DNA of 31,804 nucleotides, from IMG/VR virus record IMGVR_UViG_3300036904_000011, positions 1 to 31,804 of that record; one strand, 5' to 3'. The position numbers were made by a program, and so were the translations under genes. Under the pieces are notes generated by a model, which ran no database searches, was not told the DNA's origin, and saw nothing but the letters and a program-made list of their open reading frames with translations. Origin of the DNA: a virus. Lineage: Duplodnaviria > Caudoviricetes. Below are positions 8,038-15,380 of the stretch, piece by piece (position 1 is the stretch's first letter; each line of letters begins with the position of its first letter).

Positions 8038-8522
8038 GTCTTAATCGGTTACCGTCGTAAGTAGACGCAGGCCTAGCAAAGCGTATTCATATACGCGTAC
8101 TGGCTTTCTCGGACCATGGACAATGGGGCAATATACAGAGCATAGATAGACCATATCAAACGTAATCAAACGTACTCGAATACGTATATTTGTTAATGAC
8201 TGTCAGACTGCTACTAGGCTTTCATATACTGTACGCCATACAGTACTTTGTAATGCAAAGTTGCCGATTCTTCATTTCCACGAAATGGGTACATAGGAGG
8301 GTAACCCTCCATTAAATCAACAAGATACGGTATCATAGACTCTGATACGTATTGATACGTTTACTAGATTGTTTCCATATGACTTGATACGTTTACTGTA
8401 CGGTGTGTAACTTCTTTGGAATCAATAACTTCCCTAACCATCCCTTTTCTGAGCCTAGACCGGCAGAGTCTCCCCACCCCTCGCCGATGCCGCGCGAACG
8501 GACCCGGCCAGCAAGAAAGCTT

Positions 8523-8574
8523 GGAGTCCCATAACGTCCCTAGGAGTCCCATAGGAGTCCCATAGGAGTCCCTA
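8523..8574. repeat. 11-bp tandem repeat GGAGTCCCATA
   Basis: Copies at 8523, 8543, 8554 and 8565, plus a degenerate copy at 8534. A (TCTGCGC)3+ run lies at 8776-8801. Confidence 0.85.
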
Positions 8575-8696
8575 ACCATCCCTAGTGTTGCCACAGACTT
8601 ACTGTGTATACACAGTTCACCCATGCTTAAGCCATCGCTTTACTATTTTTGTATAGTTATTGTATATACATTAGGAACAACATTCTCATAAACACG

Positions 8697-8726
8697 AAAA
8701 AACCCTACCTCCGAAGAGATAGGGTT
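8697..8726 (-). terminator. intrinsic terminator
   Basis: Minus strand reads AACCCTATCTC-TTCG-GAGGTAGGGTT-TTTT (cUUCGg loop, U tract). Confidence 0.75.
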
Positions 8727-9038
8727 CATATAAGGGATTTACGTACTTGACTCCCGTTTTCTTTAGGTGGCCCGGTCTGCGCTCTGCGCTCTGCGCTCTG
8801 CTAAGGACGAACGCGGAGGTCCACCGCGTTGATCAGGACCGACCCCAATACAGCTATCGCTGTCTCGTCCCGCAGTGTCTTGCACGTTGCTCCCTCGTGG
8901 TCCACTTTGCTCCTCCTTTGGCGTACATACTTCGTAATGACTGTTGGTAGTTCTGAATATTTAAAGTCTCCTATATCTTCCCCGGATGCAAGACCAGCTT
9001 GCGCACTAGGCGTATTTACATACGCATATCTTTCGACA

Positions 9039-9725
9039 TTACACCTCATCTCTAAATCTCCTTCCACTGAACTGCTGTATATCTACTCTCTCTGGACCAA
9101 GACCCGGAACCTGTCGGACAGCCTTTGGTGTAAAACTATCAATAGGAACTATGTTACTAGGCTTTGGTGCCGGTGCCGGAAGTTTATTAGCAGCCTCTTG
9201 CAGATTCTTTAACGCCAATTCTTTCTTGGCAATATCGTCTTTAATATTCTTACCGTTGAAGTAACTCTGCTTCTTTTTGGCATTCTTTATTAGTAACTTT
9301 TGCTGTTCTATTTGATCTTGTAAGTATTCTTTTTGCTTATCCGCTTTCTTTTCTTCCAGCAAATCTTTATAGCTTTCCAAGTCTTTAGGCTTATATAAAG
9401 ACTCAATGGCATTAGGAGTATTGTTATTCAGCAAATCGCATTCGAATACTGGTTCCGATATGCCATCATGCCTGTGTTTGTCACAAAAGATACCCAACTC
9501 TGTCCAGTTTTTGTTATCAAGAACCTCATCGTAGTTTAAAGTCTGGGTCTCTTTGCACTTCTGACAAATGGCCCTACAATCCATACCACCTGTTGCTAGG
9601 GGACGGGACTGTAGGACCACATTGAAGTTAGACAATTTGGCGATGGCGTGGATAGACCCTTGCTCCAAACCTTTTTGTCGGCCGGCAAACAAGGGTCCGC
9701 CGAATTTCAAAATAACTCCATCCAT
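9039..9725 (-). CDS. hypothetical protein with CxxC/CxxH metal site and Lys-rich coiled coil (228 aa)
   Basis: CQKC...FCDKHRH, a coiled-coil stretch, and a C-terminal GRRFRDEV. Confidence 0.8.
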   Translation of the reverse strand: MDGVILKFGGPLFAGRQKGLEQGSIHAIAKLSNFNVVLQSRPLATGGMDCRAICQKCKETQTLNYDEVLDNKNWTELGIFCDKHRHDGISEPVFECDLLNNNTPNAIESLYKPKDLESYKDLLEEKKADKQKEYLQDQIEQQKLLIKNAKKKQSYFNGKNIKDDIAKKELALKNLQEAANKLPAPAPKPSNIVPIDSFTPKAVRQVPGLGPERVDIQQFSGRRFRDEV

Positions 9726-9744
9726 AGTTACTTTTTTACCCTTC

Positions 9745-10392
9745 CTACTTCGTTAGTTCTATCAAAAATGGCTTATTTACTGGTTTGTATTGTTCATCAC
9801 ATATACTGACATTATAAAATGATGTATTCTTATTAACATGTTGTCCATACCCGCCGTGAATGTGTCCGAAGATGTGAACTGCCGGTTTTACTACTTCCTC
9901 AACTGTTTTGGCTAGTTCTTCACAGCCTAGTGATTCTCGACCGGCATGTAATGTATCTAGAATGCCGTAAGGAGGCCCATGCGTGATCAATACGTCCGTG
10001 TCTGTCGGAATCCTATCCCAGTAAGCTTTTATTGGCGCTCCACGATGGACATTGAACGCCCAGTCAAGAAACCACGGCTGAACCGGACTGCCCCAAAACT
10101 TGAACCCTTCAATATCCGCTGATTCATTCTCTAGATAAGTAACGCCTCTTGGGAACTGTTGCAAACACCAATCTTTGTTGCTCTCAAACATCCTGTCATG
10201 ATTACCTGCGACGATAATTTTGTGCCGGTACTCCAACCTACAGAACCATGCAGCGAAGTCTCTAACCTCTTCATGCCGGTACCCCGATCCCATAAGATCG
10301 CCGCCGAACACCAAAACATCAGCATCAGGCAGATTTACTGACCGATGGTGTGTATGTGTGTCTGAGAATGCTGCTATTGTTAGTTTACTCAT
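9745..10392 (-). CDS. calcineurin-like metallophosphoesterase (MPPED/239FB-like)
   Basis: All five motifs are present: SDTH, GGD, GNHD, THGPP, GHIH. Start placed at MSKLTI, overlapping the upstream gene end. Confidence 0.9.
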   Translation of the reverse strand: MSKLTIAAFSDTHTHHRSVNLPDADVLVFGGDLMGSGYRHEEVRDFAAWFCRLEYRHKIIVAGNHDRMFESNKDWCLQQFPRGVTYLENESADIEGFKFWGSPVQPWFLDWAFNVHRGAPIKAYWDRIPTDTDVLITHGPPYGILDTLHAGRESLGCEELAKTVEEVVKPAVHIFGHIHGGYGQHVNKNTSFYNVSICDEQYKPVNKPFLIELTK

Positions 10393-10984
10393 CTTTTTTC
10401 CATTCCTTGTCAAATTTCTTAGGTTTCCAATTATTAAGTTTTATCTCCATCTTCTTCTGTACATCTTCGATGGAAATAGGGAAGTAATTCTGAGCATCAA
10501 CGCCTACATCAAATGACAGCGGCGATTCATCTAATGTGCCTGATGGATTAATTTCTGGCAGATTGGAATGGCTGTGACCATAAAGGTGCCACGACTTCCT
10601 ATGACTGCCATTCCACACCCTACAAGCGTAATGGTGTAGATATATGTTCGGATGGCCTTGTGGATGAATGTTGGCAGCGTCTTTACACCAAACGAAACTA
10701 TCCCTGAGAACTTTGTCACCGAATGGTTGGTCATGGTTACCAAAGATATAATAATGATTGCCATTAAGTCGGTAGCGGATATCCAGAGCCTCTTTGAGGG
10801 TCACCGAGTTCCAGAACATATCCCCGATATTATAAACTAAATCTCCCTTTTTAACTACTGAATTATGATTGGTAATTAACTTCTCCTTCATATCATTAAT
10901 GTCAGTAAAAGGTCTGTTACAAAATTTTATGATATTGCGGTGTCCAAAATGTTGATCAGAAGTGAACCAAATTCTTTCGCTCAT
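10385..10984 (-). CDS. calcineurin-like metallophosphoesterase (phage COG4186-type)
   Basis: FTSDQHFGH.NII, GD, GNHD, LHHY, LYGHSH and DVGVD motifs. Confidence 0.9.
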   Translation of the reverse strand: MSERIWFTSDQHFGHRNIIKFCNRPFTDINDMKEKLITNHNSVVKKGDLVYNIGDMFWNSVTLKEALDIRYRLNGNHYYIFGNHDQPFGDKVLRDSFVWCKDAANIHPQGHPNIYLHHYACRVWNGSHRKSWHLYGHSHSNLPEINPSGTLDESPLSFDVGVDAQNYFPISIEDVQKKMEIKLNNWKPKKFDKEWKKDE

Positions 10985-11028
10985 ATACCCTTTCTATCCA
11001 TTCATAGTTTCTTAATTTCTTAATTTCT

Positions 11029-11120
11029 TGGTGGGGACGGATGGATTCGAACCACCGATGTTTACCAGCTTGGGTCGCAGGGTTACAGCCTGCTATCTTC
11101 AACCGCTTGATTACGTCCCC
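11029..11120 (-). tRNA. tRNA-Tyr(GTA)
   Basis: GGGGACG/CGTCCCC acceptor stem, GCAGG-CT GTA AC-CCTGC, long variable arm, TTCGAAT loop, encoded CCA. Confidence 0.95.
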
Positions 11121-11196
11121 TTGTTTATTAATCTACTAAAACCATTGTAGCACACCTTTGTCAGATGCGCTATAAAAATTTCGGGTATATTAAATT

Positions 11197-11283
11197 TGGT
11201 GCGGGTAGAGGGACTTGAACCCCCATGCCAAATATGACAGTTGATTTTAAATCAACCGCGACTTCCGATTTCGCCATACCCGC
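11197..11283 (-). tRNA. tRNA-Leu(TAA)
   Basis: GCGGGTA/TACCCGC, GTTGA-TT TAA AA-TCAAC, long variable arm, CCA. Confidence 0.95.
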
Positions 11284-11306
11284 ATCGGCCCTTCACAGCT
11301 TATTTG

Positions 11307-11576
11307 CTAGCAAACTATTCGCTCATCATGATTTCCATATACGAAATAGTGCTTGCCATTAAGTGCATATCTAATATCTAAACACTCTCTCAGAGAGCAA
11401 GACTTCCAGAACATATCACCAAGATGGAACACTTCGTCATTTTTACCTACTATTGAATTATGATTATTGATAAGTTTTTCTTTCATATCTTGTAATGATA
11501 TGAATGGTCTTGACGTAAACTTAAGTATATTAAAATGTCCATAGTGCTCATCTGATGTAAAAAAGATGTTTTCCAC
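11307..11576 (-). pseudogene. truncated paralog of the 10385..10984 phosphoesterase (N-terminal half, 89 aa)
   Basis: GTG 11576 after AAAGG. Has FTSDEHYGH, LGDMFW and GNHD, then TAG; lacks the last two metal-binding motifs. Confidence 0.75.
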
Positions 11577-11592
11577 TTGTTTTCCTTTCTTT

Positions 11593-11687
11593 TGGCGGGT
11601 GCAGTAAGATTCGAACTCACGGAACGTGGTACTAGCACGTCCTCTGGTTTTCAAGACCAGTGCCTTAAACCGCTCGGCCATACACCC
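11593..11687 (-). tRNA. tRNA-Ser(TGA)
   Basis: GGGTGTA/TGCACCC, CTGGT-CT TGA AA-ACCAG, long variable arm, G73-CCA. Confidence 0.95.
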
Positions 11688-11736
11688 GTATTCATATACG
11701 CTTTCGTGCTACTTCCTGATAACTCATTAATAAGTT

Positions 11737-11839
11737 GTCCGCACAGACCCGTTTACTACGGTTGTAAACTGCGCTTCCTCTCCTTACGTCTCTGCTCGGT
11801 GCGCTCCAGTCAGACGGGATACGGTAAGCCTGTGCGGAC
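11737..11839 (-). ncRNA. candidate structured RNA (about 103 nt)
   Basis: Closing stem GTCCGCACAG/CTGTGCGGAC extends through a G-U pair only on the minus strand; inner CCCGT/ACGGG helix; lies between two tRNAs. Confidence 0.45.
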
Positions 11840-11956
11840 TTTTGTCTTGTGTCTTTCCCCGAAGCTAATACAGGTAAGATATCTAAAGAGCTACTTCACA
11901 AGGCAAACGTATTTAAGTACGCGAACTAATCACTTGCTGTAAAACTATTAATAGCT

Positions 11957-12030
11957 TGGTGCCGGTCAAAGGCTTTGCAACTTCTCAGGGAAAGCTTATG
12001 AGACTTCCTGCCTCTGCTACGGGAACCGGC
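11957..12030 (-). tRNA. atypical tRNA with CAT anticodon (Met or Ile2)
   Basis: GCCGGTT/GACCGGC-A-CCA and a CT CAT AA loop; D arm and T loop are non-canonical. Confidence 0.7.
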
Positions 12031-12039
12031 CAATTTTAT

Positions 12040-12251
12040 CGCAGTATACAAGCCATCTGGACAATATGCAAAAAGCAAATTGCAAAAGTCAATAAGCATC
12101 ATCAAGTTATTTCCCGTTACAATGTGCATATGTCGAAGACATGTATTATTAATATTACGGGAGTCACCTTGATTCATCGAATACAAATGGATGAAATCCA
12201 CTTGTATAATAAGTATTTCCCCTTTCGGGGAGTGATGGGTTGTATACTGCG
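12040..12251 (-). ncRNA. candidate multibranch RNA (about 212 nt)
   Basis: 18-bp closing stem (12040-12057/12234-12251, one mismatch), TCCCC-GAAA-GGGGA hairpin on the minus strand, and further nested helices. Confidence 0.55.
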
Positions 12252-12303
12252 TGTGGTGCATCAACGGGACGGACCACTGCGATGCACAACAACCTTACAA
12301 AAC

Positions 12304-12861
12304 TTACAGAATTTCGTACTTATTGAGAAAAGAAACTTCCTCATCAGAAAGTTCAATCTCAGTCTTCACATTGAGATTAAGAAGTTGATCACTAACCTTC
12401 TGCTTCTGTCTGCGAATGGTCACCATGTTCTTCTTGAATGCTTCCACAGTCTCTTTCTTCAAGAGTCCAACCGTGAACGTCTTGGCACGATACCCGGTTG
12501 CATCTGCTGCTTTGATATCAGCAAGTTGGGCATCCAAAGCTTCTTTAGTCACAGCGAATGAAGTTGTTGATGCAAGTTGGCGAAGAAATGCTTCGCGCTT
12601 TGACAACAGAGCTTGAGTTGTTAGCAAATCGGCAACCCCTGCAACTTGTCCAGCCGCTGCAACCTTGCCACGAATTGCATACAACACGGTAATAAGATCA
12701 AACTTCTGTCCAACCGTTTCTAGCAAAATGTCGGCGGCTTGGTCTACCACTTCAACGGGGTTGTCAAACTTTCCAACTGTTACTGTTTCTACAAACGGGC
12801 TATTAATCTGCTCGTTAATCAAAAGCTGCAAGGCATTAGCCTTTCTCAAAGATATCTTCAT
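12304..12861 (-). CDS. hypothetical helical protein (185 aa)
   Basis: ATG 12861 (MKISLRKANALQ) after AGGAG. The longer ORF-track start merely reads through the GAAA repeat. Confidence 0.85.
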   Translation of the reverse strand: MKISLRKANALQLLINEQINSPFVETVTVGKFDNPVEVVDQAADILLETVGQKFDLITVLYAIRGKVAAAGQVAGVADLLTTQALLSKREAFLRQLASTTSFAVTKEALDAQLADIKAADATGYRAKTFTVGLLKKETVEAFKKNMVTIRRQKQKVSDQLLNLNVKTEIELSDEEVSFLNKYEIL

Positions 12862-12870
12862 CTGTCTCCT

Positions 12871-12895
12871 CTTTCTTTCTTTCTTTCTTTCTTTC
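12871..12895. repeat. (CTTT)6 microsatellite
   Basis: Six CTTT units directly upstream of the RBS of 12304..12861. Confidence 0.9.
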
Positions 12896-13093
12896 TTCAA
12901 TTCGGTCTGTGGCAATTCCACTGCGCCGGACTAGGAACACTAACTACCAACCGTGTGAGTGCTCCCTATGGCAAACATGTGAGCAATAAAAATTTAACTG
13001 CCCTCTTTTCACGTGTTGCTTGTAGTCTTTCAGTAATCTGTTGAATTTGTTTCCACATTTTTTACAACTTAATTCAATAGTTTTCATAGGAAT

Positions 13094-13172
13094 TGGTCAG
13101 GGACCAGAGATTCGAACTCTGACGGTATTCTCGGCTCCAGACCGAGTGGCCTTCCAAATGGCCCTGTCCCTG
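13094..13172 (-). tRNA. tRNA-Pro(TGG) with non-canonical anticodon loop
   Basis: C1-G72 and A73-CCA; CTCGG-TC TGG AG-CCGAG gives C33 and A37. Confidence 0.85.
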
Positions 13173-13183
13173 ATTAAACTGTT

Positions 13184-13261
13184 TGGGGTGCAGTGTGGGA
13201 TTCAAACCCTACGTATCGAGATTCACAGACCCGCGCCTTTTTCCACTCGGCCAACCGCACC
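13184..13261 (-). tRNA. tRNA-His(GTG)
   Basis: G-1:C73 pair, CT GTG AA loop, CCA. Confidence 0.9.
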
Positions 13262-13713
13262 ATAATCTCTGGCAGCATTCATATTGAATGCTTGCCATCA
13301 AGTCACATGTTTGTGCCATGACGCAACAACTTGTTTATCGTCACATGTTGTCATAACGCCGTTCTTATCTTTTATTTTTACGGCTCATGAAAGACGGATG
13401 AAACGTTGAGCCTTCCCAATATTAAATGACCAGTTTCACACTATTCGTCAAGCCGGTCTAAAGCCGTCAAATGGGTAATTCGTACTATTGCTCGTCTGCA
13501 CCGTCTTAGGGTACTTGACTCATACTGGTAAACCATTATAACCGCTGCATTAATGGTACGGTCTAGACGGTTTCACAACCTGTTCGCACCCTGTCAATGG
13601 ACTGAGTGGTTATTTTCCTGACTCAAACGTACCATATTATAGCCGGTTGTGCATCTTATCTTACACCAACTCTGTTGACTCTTCTTCTGGGAGTGTCTAA
13701 CCTTCCGGCAGCT

Positions 13714-13789
13714 TAGTGCTAGTGGTCAAGAATCGAACTTGCGACCTCCGGGTACAATCCCGGCGCTCTTCCATTGAGCTACCACCAGC
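13714..13789 (-). pseudogene. degenerate tRNA, probably Thr(TGT)
   Basis: Normal D arm (TAGCTCAATGGAAGAGC) and TTCGATT loop, but a 6-nt anticodon loop ATTGTA, an 8-bp acceptor stem and a 3' end ACTA instead of ACCA. Confidence 0.7.
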
Positions 13790-13799
13790 AAATCTTTTT

Positions 13800-14200
13800 G
13801 GCCCGTTCTGTTGCTAGGTGGGCCATTCCCCGGTCCTAATTTCTTAGGCCATTACTAGATCGTTGTCATGAACTTCCGCGCCAAGGTCACTGTTTCCAGT
13901 TTCGATTGCGTTGAGGAAATCTTCTACAACACTAGCCTGCTGATTTTGGTCGGCAGTTATTGTTTTCCGCTTTTAACATAGTCGGCTACGTGCAAGTCTG
14001 CTAACACCTTGATAAATACTGTCGAATCTTGTCAGGCCCAAATTATTACGTGAAGTTATTGTTTCAACAGGGTACCCTGCTAACGGGGTCCGCTTCACGT
14101 AAACTTGCTAATACAAAACTTGGTGGACCTGCGGACTTATGCTAGTCCGGTCCAATATTACAACATGCGCTTCATACTTGCGTACTTTATAGTGGCCTAT
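13800..14200 (-). ncRNA. ssrA: circularly permuted (two-piece) tmRNA
   Basis: The acceptor piece ending CAGGTCC-A-CCA at 14121 lies upstream of the coding piece starting GGGCCTGACAAGATTCGAC at 14039. G3-U70 Ala determinant; ATAACT-GCC resume context; tag ORF 13954..13844. The 5' boundary near 14200 is approximate. Confidence 0.9.
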
Positions 14201-14341
14201 GAATGCTCTTTGCTTTAAGCTACACCCGCTCACTTAAGAACGGGAGCAGAGCCGCAACCTTCTGTATCCTTCATGGAACCACTATCCCTTGCGTATTCAT
14301 ATACGCTCCACTTTAGGCCGCGTATCTAATACGTTTATAGC

Positions 14342-14476
14342 TTACTTGCCCTTCTTTACAATCTTCTTCAAGAGCTTTGCGTCTGCTTTCTTATCTTCTT
14401 TTTCGAACTTCTTTACAACAGAAGTTCCCTTCTTTGCTGCCTTCTTAACCGTCTTGCTTGTCTTTCGAGTAGCCAT
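14342..14476 (-). CDS. 44-aa Lys-rich basic protein
   Basis: AAGGAG RBS; MATRKTSKTVKKAAKKGTSVVKKFEKEDKKADAKLLKKIVKKGK (17 Lys). Below the ORF-track length cutoff. Confidence 0.8.
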   Translation of the reverse strand: MATRKTSKTVKKAAKKGTSVVKKFEKEDKKADAKLLKKIVKKGK

Positions 14477-14584
14477 TAATCTAGTTCTCCTTAAATTGTT
14501 TACAGCTTATTTTAATAAACTACATAGGGCAACTCTCGCCGCCTCCACCACCTTGTTTTTCCGTCAAGGAACGGGTTCTATCTG

Positions 14585-14971
14585 TCAATCAATTTCTTTA
14601 TTCTCAACTACTGAATCCATTATAGCATTGCTTCTTGCCGTTGTCAAGCGGTCTAGCTTATTTATTCTTCGTGTCTTTGCCGCTTTACGCTGTGCAGAAT
14701 CTAAGCTTCTTTCTTTGAATGCCTTAGTAGTCTCTTCCATAAATTGAGCAATTTCCCGCATACATGCCGTATCGAACACGGAGTTCAATGCGTAGAAGCA
14801 GTATGCCCTCCACGGGGCGTGCCATTTGACATACCCGATTAGGGAACTATTATACCTATTGAACACACTGTACTTTCGGGTAACTGCCTTCGGATTCAAA
14901 GGCCCGTCATCGCGGTACATAAGGTACTTGCTTTGGAACAAATCAACATCAAGTCTTTTTATCTCAACCAT
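14585..14971 (-). CDS. hypothetical protein (128 aa)
   Basis: IGYVKWHAPWRAYCF...FD..CM.EI..F pattern; has its own promoter. Confidence 0.8.
   Translation of the reverse strand: MVEIKRLDVDLFQSKYLMYRDDGPLNPKAVTRKYSVFNRYNSSLIGYVKWHAPWRAYCFYALNSVFDTACMREIAQFMEETTKAFKERSLDSAQRKAAKTRRINKLDRLTTARSNAIMDSVVENKEID
14619..14647 (-). promoter_or_regulatory. consensus sigma70 promoter upstream of the tmRNA/tRNA cluster
   Basis: TTGACA-17 bp-TATAAT with extended TG. Confidence 0.85.
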
Positions 14972-14977
14972 GAATCC

Positions 14978-15006
14978 AGTCTACAACACTGGGTCAACTT
15001 TGTCAA
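14978..15006 (-). promoter_or_regulatory. sigma70-type promoter, probably leaderless transcript
   Basis: TTGACA-17 bp-TAGACT, then 6 nt to ATG 14971. Confidence 0.75.
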
Positions 15007-15373
15007 GCTCTTTTTTGAACTTTTTTATTGCCTTAGCTTGATCATCGGTTACTTGCCGGGTTACATACCCCAGAGTGTACGCAAAAATCTCCTCATCTGG
15101 CTTGGAACTTATCCAATTAAACATATTTGATATAGCATGATAAACCTCATGTACAATGTGGTCAATACTTGCGTCTATTGGATATACAAGATAAGTAAAA
15201 CTTTGGTTAGAGAACTTAATAGTAAAAGCTCTGGTACTTTCTAGGTCCGTATCTTTGGCCAGCAGTCCTTGCGCTTTTAAATCAGCGGCACACTCTTTCA
15301 AATCATCCGTGAAGATCACGTAGATTCGATAGTTGTACACCGGGAATGGTATGATCGTCTTTATTTGTCTCAC
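14981..15373 (-). CDS. HExxH zincin-like small protein
   Basis: GTG 15373 after AGGAGG; IVHEVYHA...DEEIFAY. Confidence 0.75.
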   Translation of the reverse strand: MRQIKTIIPFPVYNYRIYVIFTDDLKECAADLKAQGLLAKDTDLESTRAFTIKFSNQSFTYLVYPIDASIDHIVHEVYHAISNMFNWISSKPDEEIFAYTLGYVTRQVTDDQAKAIKKFKKELDKVDPVL

Positions 15374-15380
15374 TCGCCTC

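Noticed and set aside
8364-9212. ORFs 8364..8624, 8747..8950, 8801..9067 and 8829..9212
   Set aside because: They cross tandem repeats and have no recognisable motifs. A gene starting at about 9049 has an RBS and cannot be fully excluded.
11307-11681. Stop-codon reassignment rescuing the truncated phosphoesterase, and the long ORF-track start
   Set aside because: Reading through TAG runs into tRNA-Leu without restoring motifs, other genes end normally at TAG, and no suppressor tRNA is seen. The long start lies inside tRNA-Ser.
11577-13265. ORFs 11577..11942, 11926..12264, 11956..12561 and 13041..13265
   Set aside because: They overlap tRNAs or structured RNA, or lie antisense to a better-supported gene.
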